A stretch of DNA of 64,000 nt, taken from NCBI GenBank assembly GCA_950097015.1, contig CATNEN010000038.1, forward strand, positions 2,356,001 to 2,420,000. The letters are read 5' to 3'. Both the position numbers and the translations under genes were made by a program. This document shows, piece after piece, positions 1 through 21,842 of this stretch (position 1 is its first letter; each line of letters starts with the position of its first letter). This DNA comes from Macrostomum hystrix. Taxonomy: Eukaryota; Animalia; Platyhelminthes. The notes under the pieces are model-generated. The model was not told the DNA's origin. It searched no databases and was given only the letters and a program-made list of their open reading frames with translations.

Positions 1-1997
1 CGTTTGTACTTTTGCCGGTCATTGTGTCTGTGATGGTGCGCAGAAGATTTGGCGGCCTGATCAGCTCCTTGAGGATGTTGGACTCGGTTGCTAGGGGAAA
101 GCCATTGTCAAGCATCTCGTCCAGCAGCTAATGCGGAATGGGAACTGATTAGGATTAGATCATAATTCTTTAAGTATTAGAATATAATATTGTTAAATCT
201 TACCTCGTACACCAGCACGACATTGTCCTTGATGATGGTCTCCGTAACATCGTCGAAATAGTCTTTGATAATATCGGCCAGTCTGTGCAGGAATTCGATG
301 ACAAACAGGGGCGGCACTTCACTGCGACAGACGGCCACAAAGTGCAGCTGGGCGCGATAGGCGCTGATGATGATGTGATTGGGAGTCTGGATCACTGGCT
401 GCACATTCTCAGGCGATGAGGCCTGGCGAGGGAAACAAGGAAAACTGATTTAGCACCAGATAAGAAAGAGTTTACACATATTGTTCAAGCTTAAAACTAA
501 AATTAATCCTTTCATAATTGTTACATCAAATTTAAAGCATTAATTTACGAATAGATCGATTAATTTGGATAAACAATAACTTACCTTAGCTACTTCATCA
601 AAGAAGTAGTCACATACTGTCTTTGGGATGACACTTTTGTAATGCTTTTCAAGGAAAATGTCTCTAAAATGTTAAGTTGACAGAGAAAAAATCAATTAGA
701 TTTTTAGTTTTCAGAGAAAACACAAAATTTGTGTTAGACGATTATCATATTTATGAGATTTAGGACAACAAAAAAGAGAAGTACAGGGACAGTTTTTAAA
801 ACTAGTTCTAATTGACAAAACTAATAAAATGTAAATTAAAAAATAATAATATAGTTTTAAAGCATTAAAAAACATATTTATATATGTGACCATAGCTACT
901 ACAGGTTAAAGATAAGAGCCTACAGGTTATTAAAAAAATAACTTTTAACTGTCAAACAAAATACTACACTCTACAAAAAAGCTCAATAAGATATCAAAAA
1001 GATTTTAGGGGCCTATAAATTATTTTTTGTTTGTAATTCTAAAGGTCACATTCAACTTTTCAGACAAATTACAACAAGCTAGAAATAGTTATCTCAAGTA
1101 AAAAATAGAACTACCTTAGATACCCATATAATTTTTAAATGAAATGATTATGATTAAAGGCCATTGCACATTAATAACTTAACTTAACTTAACATAACCT
1201 TTAACTTATAAGTGCAAAATTGAAAGTACAACAATTAAAATGAATGTAAAATAATTTGTTCCTTCTGAAGATTGCTATCCACAATTAATTATTTAATAAC
1301 ATAAAAACAATTAAGATAATTAATATAAATAAAAAAACATAACAAACAAACAATATTTTCAAAATAAAATATATTTTGTCCTATTACCATGGCTTTAACA
1401 TAGAATTATTTTTATATTATATTATAGAATTAGTTTTCCATGAAAAAAGTGGCCCAGTTATTGCCAAGGCATTAATGTAGAAGACACAGGAGTCTTTTTG
1501 TCTAGTCTTCTATACCAATAAGCAGGCCTGCTTGCCCCAGTACCATAGCTATAGTCTGAAAGTTATTGGCCTGGTACATGACAAATGGCAATAAGCACTG
1601 CTATCAAACATTTTCTACAAAATAACAGAAAATTATTAAATCAAATGATCAACTAAATTTTTCTTAATAAAGTAATTTATGCACAAAAGACAAGTCAATT
1701 ATCAGAGAAGAGCTGCCGAGTAGCCTAGCCTAAGAATTAAAAATCAATGCAAGTTAATAGTTGAAAGAAGCTTAAATGTTTAGCAAAAAATAAAAAACTT
1801 CTATTATTTTTATGCTAATACTTTTTTATACTAAGTGCTCTTAGTTTATTAGGCAGATACCATAGTATAGGATAGCCATAGTAGTAATGTGAGTATTTAA
1901 AAACATATTATTATTATAATTTTTCTTAAAAATTTTTTTTCTAATGACAGGAAATAACTCACCCTGAATTGTTAATCAAAAAAATACTGTGAATCAT
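1..1997 (-). CDS. AP3M1: AP-3 complex mu subunit, 5' part (runs off the window start)
   Basis: Exons 1997-1963, 664-585, 422-204 and 127-<1 have GT-AG boundaries. They translate MIHSIFLINNSGDIFLEKHYKSVI...EVPPLFVIEFLHR...IKDNVVLVYELLDEMLDNGFPLATESNILKELIRPPN, the mu3 N-terminal signature. Confidence 0.93.
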
Positions 1998-2919
1998 TTT
2001 AAAATGAAATTTAAGTCAGGAAAGCTCTTTAAAAAGCAGGAATGTGAAGTACGAATAAAAAATAAAAGCAAACCCTATTAACTATCTAACAAAAACAGTG
2101 ACGAACCCAACCAATCCTAAGGTTACTTAGCCAGTCTAAATAAAACCTTAAAACCTGATTTTGCAACGCTAAATGCTTAGAACAGTCTACTTATACTTAT
2201 TGATACGAAACTTATTTAATATACAAGCAACTTCGAACGCCAAATTTACTTCCCGACAGTGCAATAGATTTATACGCATAGGACAAGACAAGAAATGGAA
2301 TTTATATTTCACTTCAGCTTTTACTGTTCTTGAATCTACGAAACCTTAAATTTAAATATTTACGACAAAAACGAAAAAGTACGTCTCTGGAATATAATCA
2401 AACGTGACAATTTTAATAATTACCATCTACCAATGAAAATAAATATTGCACTGTTGTAGTGTGAGAGTCTTTTGGCACTATAGTGATTTGTTAAGGCTTT
2501 TACAGAGTAAGTTAGAGAGCTGTTGCTGTTGCTATTTTTAGAGTTAGTATAGTTTCCAGTGTTATAGTTTGGTTATAGTACCGTTTCAATTCTTGTTTTA
2601 ATGTCTGCGCACCCATCAATTCATCATTACAACTCAGCTTAACGGTCCGAACCAGCCAGGCGAGCCATCTAAAAATCTACCTCTGTGCTGCGGTCCCGAG
2701 CAATCAGCGTGCGCGCAAGGGAAACAGTTTCCATTCTACCCCGGCTCAGAGCACCCCACGGCTCAAGCTAGACAACCGCCGCAGCTGCTGTGTCATGTCT
2801 ACCCTGAGCGGCCGGACAATGAGAGTCTGCGCAGCCGTCTTCAGCAGAGGGGAGCGCAGTCAGTCAGTCCAGAAAACAACCAGTCCAGAAAAAGCACGGA
2901 GAGGAACGGGGCCAGCGTG

Positions 2920-4490
2920 TCACCCTGCAGCACTCCTGACGAGGTGGCAAACAGGTCGGACAGGCCGTCGGACAGACAGCAGGACAGGCTGTACACGATA
3001 CAGCGACGTGACAACGGCAACTAGCTGCTCCGGGACCCGGTAGGCACGAAGGACGAGTGGGAGCGCGGATCTCGACACCGAGTCAAAAGCCTTGCGGCCG
3101 AAGTCGACAAACACTATAGCTACGATCAGCGTTGACTAGCGGATGCGCGCCTCCTCGATGACACGGCGGAGTGCGAGGATCTGGGTCATTGTACCGCGCT
3201 ACGGCCGGAACCCGTTCTGCTCTTAACGGAGGTACGGGCCCAGCACCGAATGCAGGCGATCGAGAAGCAGTCGGTTGAAAAGCTTCGCGGTGCAGGACAT
3301 AATTAAAAAGCGATCGAGATCCCGCTGTGATCTTCTTTACGCGTTGTCCCGGCCTTCTTCGGGATCGGCACTATGTGCGCTACGGTCCACTCGGTGGGCG
3401 CCGGCGAGCACGTGGTCATGGCGCCTGTGACCTGGGAAGCCATGCACACAGCGGAGCCGCAGCGCCTCGACCGGAACCTTGTAGGGGGCCGGTGGTCAGA
3501 CCGGAGAGCCAGTGGAGCCATGGTGTCACAGTTGATGACGCGGCGGAGCTCGCGAGCGCGAACCAGCACATGATCGAGTTGGGCCAGCCGCAGCTCGTGG
3601 CACTCCGCCCACGCGCGTTCCGTCGCCTCCTTTTGCAGCCCGCAAAGATGACCAAGCGGGCCTGGGGCTTGTGTAAACGTGTGTTAGTTGACACCAGGTC
3701 CAGCCGTTCTTGCAGGTCCCCCAGCGCATCCGTGTTGGCTTTCTTACGTCCCGTGACGAAAGGCGATCGTTCGGACCTACGCGGAACTGGGTTTGGTTTC
3801 CAAGCACCACCAGCGTGTCGCGGTTTGGCACCTCCTCTGCAGCTGCCCGGCCAGAAACTCGAAAATGGCGAGAGCTTCGTCCGGCTGGGCTGCAGTTGGA
3901 GCATATACGCGCTGAAAAACCAGATGCAGCGAGCGCGCAGGTGCAGGTCAACCCGCAGCAGACGCGAGGAAAGTGGAGCGCAGTGCACGCTCTGCCAAAG
4001 GCGCGGTCCGATCAACACGCCGACGCCGCCACGCCCGCGGCCGTCTCCATCCGGCTCCATCCGGCTCCAAGGTCCTCATGTTATTGAAGGCCTGGCTCAG
4101 TCACGATAGAGACCTCCTGCAGCATTATGAGGTCCAGCTGTAGGTCGTGGGCCAGCTGGACGAGCAGAGTGCGACGCCAGGGGCCTTCAGGGGCCATGCA
4201 CCTGGTTCGGCTAGGGACCGATGATGACGTTGGGCATCCCCGGCGCCATCCCCGACGCGGTCCCCGGCGCCACCCGGCGGATCCGACCTGCAGAAACGGC
4301 AGAGACCGGGGACGACTGGCGTCTTGAAGCACCGCGAAGTCGCCCACGCAGGTTGCGCTCACGCCGCCGCTCAGTCCGACGGTGTGCGCTGCGCTGTCCT
4401 CTGCTCGTCCCTGATGTGCCGATCTTGGCTGCCGCAGCCGAGGCGCGGCCGTCCAAGCCAACCGAGGTCATCCGCGGCCTGATAGGCTGA
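2920..4490 (-). mobile_element. Decayed non-LTR retrotransposon (RTE-like), endonuclease and RT fragments
   Basis: Frameshifted fragments: LDLIMLQEV and GRGGVGVLI (APE endonuclease), EWTVAHIVPIPKK, EQNGFRP...TQILALRRVIEE and FVDF..KAFDSVSR (RT). There are stops and frame changes throughout. Confidence 0.8.
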
Positions 4491-4528
4491 CTACGATGCC
4501 AAGAGGTGTCGACACCTTTGCACAGATG

Positions 4529-4647
4529 TGCAAATATAATGGCTCTGCAAATATAATGGCTCTGCAAATATAATGGCTCTGCAAATATAATGGCTCTGCA
4601 AATATAATGGCTCTGCAAATATAATGGCTCTGCAAATATAATGGCTC
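4529..4647. repeat. 17-bp minisatellite (TGCAAATATAATGGCTC), ~7 copies
   Basis: Direct tandem copies visible next to the LINE 5' end. Confidence 0.95.
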
Positions 4648-5538
4648 TTCCCAAGAGATCAAAAACCGCAACGATAGTCGTGTCCTCAAAGATGTTGCTC
4701 TCTAGTTCTTATCTCACTACTTGTCAATTCCATTAGTACTATAACCCGCAAAAACTGCTTTTATGTGATTTCTTGAGAAAGCTAGACTCGATCATTTCAC
4801 CTTACAAGAGATGTAAGAAATTTATCATGATCCACATCGCCTGGGACTACTTTATCTTGAAAAGCTTCCTATTTAACCACTTAACCTAACGCGAGAAACA
4901 GAGACACAACCAAATCCTGACTTAGACGCTTAATTGCTATTAGATATAAAGACCACAATCACTTCTTTAAATTGACTCTTACTGCAAGCGCGTCCTTCGC
5001 CTTAATTTAGAACCGTACTGAATAGATAAATAATATATGTTCTACTCTCTAAAATTCCACCTTTAATTGTGAACTTTGCGCAGATTTTGCATGACTCACT
5101 AGCCGCAGACTATCCGCAATCTCTTTTTTACAATACCCAAAACCTGCTTCAGCCCCCGTGCAACCATGCAATAAGCTAGGGCCACTAGTTATAGTTCTAC
5201 TACAGAGGTACTTGCGTACTAGACTTGATACAGATTGGCTGTACGGGGGCCAGTGGTTATGCGACAACCAGAAATGATTGTCGTGTAACCACTGACTTAC
5301 AACCATATGAAGTCACAATTAATTACCCACAGTAGAGATCAAGTGAAAAGTGAAAACGATCGACGAAGGAAACTCAGAACTAAAAAATTCTAATCCATCT
5401 GATTCTGAAAGCAATCCTGATTTAGGAACAGTCTAGTGGAGCTGCTTATTTCGATGTTGCTTAGACACCTACCAAAAGCTGAACGCATCTAAGTATTTTG
5501 TACTAATAAACACATTTTTCCGGAGTTACTTTTTCTAT

Positions 5539-5567
5539 TGAATGTTCTAGAAAGTTCTTTATAAAAT
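5539..5567 (+). promoter_or_regulatory. Heat-shock element plus TATA box of HSPA9
   Basis: tGAAtgTTCtaGAAagTTCt (5539-5558) is four perfect alternating nGAAn units. It is immediately followed by TTATAAAA, ~270 bp upstream of the proposed ATG. Confidence 0.8.
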
Positions 5568-5833
5568 ATTGTTCAATTGAAGGACATCTAAAGCCTTAAA
5601 TGTTATTATTTATTTATTGATTAAATGATTAAGTTTGCATTAAACAACTCGGTAGTAAAATTCACAAATATATTTGTTATATACCACAAATAATTAGTTA
5701 ATTTAAACGTTTTCTTCTTTCGTCATCCTTTTTCTTCGCTGACTAAATAACAAATTCTTGAGATCAGAAGATTTAGGGTGCTGTGTACTTCTTTACGGTA
5801 TATAGCTATTATCTTCAGCTCTTTGTCAGCAGA

Positions 5834-14880
<9,047 letters not shown>

Positions 14881-15651
14881 ATGCATTCATTGAATAGCCG
14901 GAGACTGCCATTGTTTCCTCACTTTTAGTATCAAATTCAGTTTTTTAGGGTTAGAAGAAAAGTTTCTATGAATACCGATTCTGGCTTGAACTGAACATGG
15001 TTGCTATGTGTTTTAGTTGGTAGCTACCATCGCAAAATCACTTACATATTGTTTATTTATTCCGCTAATCGAGCCAATCGATCTTATTGAGAAACCCATA
15101 GATTCAATCAAGCAGTCCGGTTATCTCAAACCTGTCAATAAATTACATCAGTGTTTTATTATCTAGTTTTGCACACATCCTATTGACTACTGTTTCCCGT
15201 AGGTCATTAGTAGTAGCAAATGCAGTTTGTAGTTTCTACCTGCGTTTTTTGTGTGTTTTTAAGCCGCTATTCAAATTCTCTCATCGTATTTTTAGCTGAA
15301 TTCCACTCGCGTCAGCTTCGCATAAGAGAAAGTGGCTTTAAGCTTATAGGCGACTCAATTTCAGTGAGCAGTTTTTGAGCTTGAAACGATGCGTATTGCT
15401 GTATACCCGCAAATGTAAGCGAAAATGTACTTTTGTTTCCATTTTCGGCACTCTTTTGATTCACCAAAACATTTAATACAAGAAGCTGTTTTGTCAATTA
15501 TTATATTAAATAAAATATCATATTTTTCCAACCTTTTGTTTGAACTTCGCTTGAGCAGGCATTTTGATCGATTCGGCTCCTATTTGCAAGGGGAAGAAAC
15601 TCTGCGGCAGCGGCTTTATTGACTCCCGTTCTTTTGCAGCTGTAACTACAC

Positions 15652-16125
15652 TTCTTCCCAGATCCCAATACTTTGACCCCACTCTTCCCAGATCCTCACC
15701 ATTCACCATTGCGAGATCCCCATACTTTCATCCCACTATTCCCAGATCCCCATGCTTTAATCCCCACTCCTCCTAGATACCCTTTCTTTAATCAAAACTT
15801 TCCAGATCTTCATTCTTTAATCCCACACTCTTCCCAGATCCCCGTACTTTTATCCTCACTCCTCAAATCCCCATACTTTCATCCCACTCTTCTCTCATCC
15901 CCTGGACACTTCCTGGAACCCCATACTTTTACGTGCACTCTTCCCAGATTGCCATACTTTTATCCCCTCTCTTCCAGATCCTCATACTTTCATTCCACTA
16001 TTTCCAGATCCTCATACTTTCATTCCACTATTTCCAGATCCTCATACTTTCATTCCACTATTTCCAGATCCTCATACTTTCATTCCACTATTTCCAGATC
16101 CTCATACTTTTATCCCCACTGTTCC
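15652..16125. repeat. ~30-bp degenerate minisatellite (TTCCAGATCCTCATACTTTCATTCCACTAT)
   Basis: Perfect copies at ~15971-16110 and diverged copies upstream. Confidence 0.88.
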
Positions 16126-16823
16126 TTGGATTGGATCTGCTTCCAATAGAAAGTTATCATGTTAATGTGACAACAGTGGAAAGTTCCTATCTCGCTAGAG
16201 CACTTTTCCGTATAAATCTGCCTTTAATAATCTATCCATGAAACCAAGTGTCCCGTCCTTCTAGCGGTACTTGATATCCTTATCTATTGTGCCCTTGACT
16301 GACAGCTTTAACTTTGCACTACGTCTGCCTGTTGCAGACGATCTGTTGATTGAGTCAGTTGACTTGAATAGAGATCTCAATAGTAAATAAACAGGCTCGT
16401 CCAGCGTCTCAGTGCCAATATTTGCCCTGCCTGGCCTCCAGTTTTCAGTTTAAACGGCGGTTTCCGATTTCTCCGGACTACTTGCCATACAAAGCCATTG
16501 TTGACTGGCCAGCCCTGTTGACAGTTGGAGTGCTGCTGTGTTGAGATTGAGAAGTCAACCTCAGCTTAGAGTTGATATTTGCGAGCCAGCCGTACAGCTC
16601 TCTGTATATCTCTACCGCTTACAGCAGTGCAGGACTGTGTTATAGTTTAACGTTTATCTTGCTTAACCGCGTTGCCAATAGCAACCAATGCGGCCCAGCC
16701 ATATACGCGGCCTTGCAACTGACAGGCGAGTGGGTGGGCGAGTCCAAGGTTTATGATAAATGCAATTCCAAATAAACGGCCAGTCGCAGTCATATCAGTC
16801 TAGGGGCAGGCACCGCACACAGC

Positions 16824-18700
16824 ATGTCATCATTCCGTTCGGTCCGCGGCAGGGCGCCCTCCGTGGCGCCAGGCAGCACCAGCTTGCGCATGATGATCGA
16901 CACGGAGGACCCGCTGTTCCAGGGCATGAAGAAGCTGAAGATTCAGGGTCGCAACCTCACCTCCGTGCCGCCAGAGCTGTTCAATTTGTCTGAGCTGGAG
17001 GTGCTGGACATGAGTCCGGAGCGGGAGGCCTGCCTGTACTACAAGCTGGCCGACGTGCCCACGGCTATCTGTGAGATTTTGTCCATGGACAGATTACCGG
17101 CTTCGGAAAATTCTGCTCGCATTCTCTTAAGTTATCCCAAACTGTCTCTCTGCAGTCCTTCAGTTATCCCAAACTGTCTCTCTGCAGTCCTTCAGTTATC
17201 CCAAACTGTCTCTCTGCAGTCCTTCAGTTATCCCAAACCGTCTCTCTGCAGTCCTTCAGTTATCCCAAACTGTCTCTCTGCAGTCCTTCAGTTATCCCAA
17301 ACTGTCTCTCTGCAGTCCTTCAGTTATCCCAAACTGTCTCTCTGCAGTCCTTCAGTTATCCCAAACTGTCTCTCTGCAGTCCTTAAGTTATCCCAAACTG
17401 TCTCTCTGCAGTCCGTCAGTTATCCCCAATCTTTTTCCATAATCACGGCCAGATCCAAAATCTCAAGCTCTTATCCCAAACCTTATCCCAAACCTTATCC
17501 CAAACCTTATCCCAAACCAGGCAAGCTGAGGAACCTTCGCATTCTTCTGCTGGATACCAATGACCTGGCCAAGATCCCAGGCGAAATCGGGCTCCTGGAG
17601 AACCTGGAACGCCTGGCCCTTAGCAACAACTGGCTGAGCAACCTGCCACCTGAGATCGGCCAACTCAGCCAGCTCAAAAGCATTCATCTGGCCAACAACA
17701 AGTTCGTCCACTTCCCAGCCGCAATCCTGCGCTGCACAGACCTTGAATTCCTCGACATCTCCGACAACATGCTACAAAAGCTGCCGAAGGCGATCAGGCG
17801 CCTGACAAATCTGGAGACGCTGATGGTGTTCAGCAACCAGCTCCGGGGACTGCCAGATGAAATCTGCGACCTGGTGAGTACGTGTTTATGCCCTTCACCA
17901 TTTATTAAGAATGTTTTTCTTGAGAGTGCACAAGGATGTACAGTTCAACTGCTAGCTACTATCAGTAGATGGTTACGCATTTGCCTCTCGAACCTTTTTT
18001 TGAGCTCGATTCCGCGGCGAGGCCATATGTTTTTGGGGCGCAGCCGCAAAGAGAAGGCTTTGGGGGCTTGTCGTGCAATTTACGCCCTTGAGGGCCAACC
18101 TCCAAGGCACAGGGAAGTGTACGCTGCCTGCTGAAGATGAGAAAGTCAGGGCAGATGTGCACACCTGTGTGAACGTGTGCCTGCGTACGGTATCTGCGTG
18201 CGTGTGTGCTCAGGAGTCAGCAAAATGGGCAGAATTGCCTCCGCTGTGTCTGCCAAATGATTGCCCGCAGCCCTCCTGCAATTCATATTTTTCTTATGTT
18301 TCGCCCACAGGTCCAGCTGCGCTGCGTCTGGCTGGGCTTCAACAAGGTCACCAACCTGCCGAAGAACTTCGGCCGCCTGAAACTGCTGGACTGGTCCTGG
18401 CACTACACCTCTACAATCCTGAACGAGAACCCGCTGGTCCACCCGCCTCTGGAGATCTGCAAGCAGGGCGCCGATGAGATCGAGAGGTACTTCGCCATGC
18501 TGGGCAGCAGCGCCGACCGCATGATGTACCGCCAGGAGGATGACACCATTGAAGATCTCGACGCTATGGGTTCCGATGCTGAGGCTGTCTTGCGTATGCA
18601 GCAGTCGAGGCAGATGCCGGCCGTTACCATGGGAACGGCCAATCAATCATCGCAGAGCACACACAGGTCTCAGCAGCAGCCGCAGCAGCAGCAGCAGCAT

Positions 18701-18750
<50 letters not shown>

Positions 18751-18853
18751 GCAGCAGATTTCGCTAGACATCAATCCGGCCGCCGTCAGGCTGCTCAGGC
18801 GCGGCTCAACTTCGGATCCCGCATTCCTGCAGCAGCTGCAGGGCGGCAGCTGA
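16824..18853 (+). CDS. Leucine-rich-repeat protein with C-terminal polyQ, 3 exons
   Basis: Exons 16824-17070, 17521-17873 and 18311-18853 (GT-AG, phase-compatible). It has repeated LxxLxLxxNxLxxLP units and the cap ENPLVHPPLEICKQG..IERYF. Confidence 0.88.
17130..17520. repeat. 32-bp minisatellite plus 12-bp sub-repeat filling LRR intron 1
   Basis: AGTTATCCCAAACTGTCTCTCTGCAGTCCTTC x ~9, then CTTATCCCAAAC x4 up to the acceptor. Confidence 0.95.
17962..18283 (+). mobile_element. tRNA-derived SINE family A, copy in LRR intron 2
   Basis: B-box-like GAGCTCGATTCC followed by GCGGCGAG..GGGCGCAGCCGC..GAGAAGG. The body aligns by eye with 38682-38996. Confidence 0.7.
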
Positions 18854-18987
18854 GGCAACACTCCACTGAATACCAGGGATGGCGGACATCACAGCAATGC
18901 CGTCAGATGGTCGTTGGACTGACTATAATTTGGGTCCTTGGACAGAATCTAATGTGGGTCATTGGACTGACTTATCTGACCGTAACC

Positions 18988-19327
18988 TTCAGTTATCCCA
19001 AACTGTCTCTAACAGTCCTTCAGTTATCCCAAACTGTCTCTAACAGTCCTTCAGTTATCCCAAACTGTCTCTAACAGTCCTTCAGTTATCCCAAACTGTC
19101 TCTAACAGTCCTTCAGTTATCCCAAACTGTCTCTAACAATCCTTCAGTTATCCCAAACTGTCTCTAACAGTCCTTCAGTTATCCCAAACTGTCTCTAACA
19201 GTCCTTCAGTTATCCCAAACTGTCTCTAACAGTCCTTCAGTTATCCCAAACTGTCTCTAACAGTCCTTCAGTTATCCCAAACTGTCTCTAACAGTCCTTC
19301 AGTTATCCCAAACTGTCTCTAACAGTC
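18988..19327. repeat. 31-bp minisatellite (AGTTATCCCAAACTGTCTCTAACAGTCCTTC), ~11 copies
   Basis: Tandem copies; the unit is related to the intron-1 32-mer. Confidence 0.96.
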
Positions 19328-19776
19328 ATTGGACTGACTGTAATCTGGTTCATTGGACTGATTGTAATGTGGGTCATGGGACTGACTGTAATCTGGTTCA
19401 TTGGACTGATTGTAATGTGGGTCATGGGACTGACTGTAATGTGGGTCATGGGACTGACTGTAATGAGGGTCATGGGACTGACTGTAGTCTGGGTCATTGG
19501 ACTGACTGTAGTCTGGGTCATTGGACTGACTGTAGTCTGGCTTATTGGACTGACTGTAATGTGGGTCATGGGACTGACTGTAGTCTGGGTCATTGGACTG
19601 ACTGTAGTCTGGGTCATTGGACTGACTGTAGTCTGGGTCATTGGACTGACTGTAGTCTGGCTTATTGGACTGACTGTAATGTGGGTCATGGGACTGACTG
19701 TAATGTGGGTCATGGGACTGACTGTAGTCTGGGTCATTGGACTGACTGTAGTCTGGCTTATTGGACTGATTGTAAT
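19325..19776. repeat. 24-bp minisatellite (GGGTCATTGGACTGACTGTAGTCT), ~19 copies
   Basis: Tandem copies; degenerate units also occur at 18913-18972. Confidence 0.95.
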
Positions 19777-20719
19777 AATATCTGTTAGAATTGAGTGATG
19801 TTACTCAGATTCAATTTTTACTTTCAGCAATGCACTTACCGTACTAAATTTCTCAGCTTACCATCGTGTTATCTACTACGGCTGTTAAGGATTGGTGACC
19901 CAATTTCTCATGTTAATGCGTACAGGTAGCATGCACACATACACCCCAATTGCTGTGTGTGATGTATTATTAAAGCAGTTTATTTTCTTCAGTACAGTAT
20001 AGAACAGATATTAATTGTATTTAAAAAAACAAATCCGTTAAAATACACTTTTCTACTCAAGATCTCAAATACAACTACGAGCTCGTAGCTTATCTACCAA
20101 AACTCGCCTGGTACGTTAGTACGAGCGTACTACATGTAGGAAATCCGAATGATTGAACTCATTTGTGCGCGTGTCTATTAAAAGCTAGTATTCTAACAGC
20201 AGATTTCACACACTCACAGCCAATGGTACCACTTTAGTTCCTTCAGTGTCCATGAAAAATGCGCATGCCATGTTTCGCAACTGTGACGAAGGATTTACTT
20301 TTAGGCTGAAAAATAGAAATGCACGAGCCAAGTCGCTATTTCAAGAAAAAGTATTTTACACTCGCGATATTTGAAACTTTTCTTTCAGCCATCGAGTACG
20401 TCTACATCGAGAGCTGACTATAATTGTTCCGCAGTTTCGGAATAAAACATTCGCATAGTAAGTGTGCTGTTAGTAAATTGTTAGACAATTTCATTGCGAT
20501 CTAATTAATAATCTTAAGTGACGTTAAGTTAACCTCACGTCAGCGCTCGTACTTTAAAAGGCTTAATTTTAAACATGACATTGACAGCTAAACTAATGCA
20601 CTGTTAAAATTTAACTTTTAGATAAATAAGTCATTTCGAAGCGCACCTGTTTTCTGTTATAGCCAGACACGCAGGCTGTTTTAATTGATAATTTACTTTC
20701 TAGGAATTCCGTTGCAGCC

Positions 20720-21436
20720 ATGTCTACTGACAGTGCGCTCGGCTACCCAATCTCCCAATTTGTCGCCTTTCTCAAAGCCGCCGCCCCGGCCACAGCCCTG
20801 TCCCTGCGAGTCTCAAAGCTTCGACACGCCCGACACATCCTGCTGGCTGCCCTCTGCGGCTCCGCCTGCCTGCCAGAGACTGGCATCGGCGAGCTGCACC
20901 TGCTGCTGGGCCTTCTCACTCTGGAGTTCCTGCTGTCCAGCAGCCTGCCATCCGCCTGTCGCCGACTGTCTAAATCTACGCCTGTCGCCGCCTGCAGTCG
21001 ATCGCCCAAATCCGGCCTGTCGCCGATTCGACTGCGGCGACGATTACGCCTGCTGGCGATCCTCCTGTTGACTAGCCCGATTGGCGGCGCGGCGGCCACC
21101 TCCGTCGGCGACGAGAAGGATCCTGACGATGGCGGCGCCGGAGCCGGGCAGGTTGACCGCCTGCTGCAGACTCTTCGCAGGCGATGGCGCAGCGCACCCG
21201 TCACTGTGACGTCAGCGGCCGCTGGCGCCGCGGTAGCCCTGCTACTGGTTGCTAGCATGCTGACCAGCCTGCATCGATTGGCTGTCATTGTGCAGCAGCA
21301 GCAGCAGCAGCAGCACCAACCGTCACCAGCGCATTATTCTCCTCCCATTCAAGAACGACCTGGCAGCGACCATCAGGTTCTGCAGCCGGCTCTCCGACTG
21401 TGTTCCACAGCTGTGACCATGAGAGCAGACAGCTGA
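20720..21436 (+). CDS. Hypothetical protein with hydrophobic segments and short polyQ
   Basis: 238-aa GC-rich ORF with GCCATG start in AT-rich flanks and three Leu/Ala-rich stretches; no recognisable domain. Confidence 0.45.
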   Translation: MSTDSALGYPISQFVAFLKAAAPATALSLRVSKLRHARHILLAALCGSACLPETGIGELHLLLGLLTLEFLLSSSLPSACRRLSKSTPVAACSRSPKSGLSPIRLRRRLRLLAILLLTSPIGGAAATSVGDEKDPDDGGAGAGQVDRLLQTLRRRWRSAPVTVTSAAAGAAVALLLVASMLTSLHRLAVIVQQQQQQQHQPSPAHYSPPIQERPGSDHQVLQPALRLCSTAVTMRADS

Positions 21437-21842
21437 AGCCTAGACCCTGCCGTTTCTCAGTGTATATACTGCATAACTCATCTATTGGGTGAAAAAAGGA
21501 GCTAATCTTAGTGGTTCAAATAATGCATTGGCTGCTAGCCTTGGATTGGACTAAAATTTAATGGAATACTTGAAGCACTGAAGGCAAAAAATGAAGGTAA
21601 AAGGCGAGGGTAAAATGTGTTTCAAATCGGTATGTAAAACAATAAAAGGGTGGAAAAAATATTTTTTTTTACTTTAAATCTGTATAATGTTCATCATGCG
21701 AAATACAGAGTGGCCTGTTTCATCCAGCAAACTATTTATTCTATGCAGATCAGTTCTGCGCTGCACCTGTGAACTGTGAATTTCTTTTTCTATCTCGGAA
21801 CACGCGGAACTAGTCGATTGACACTGAATTTATCATTTTCAA

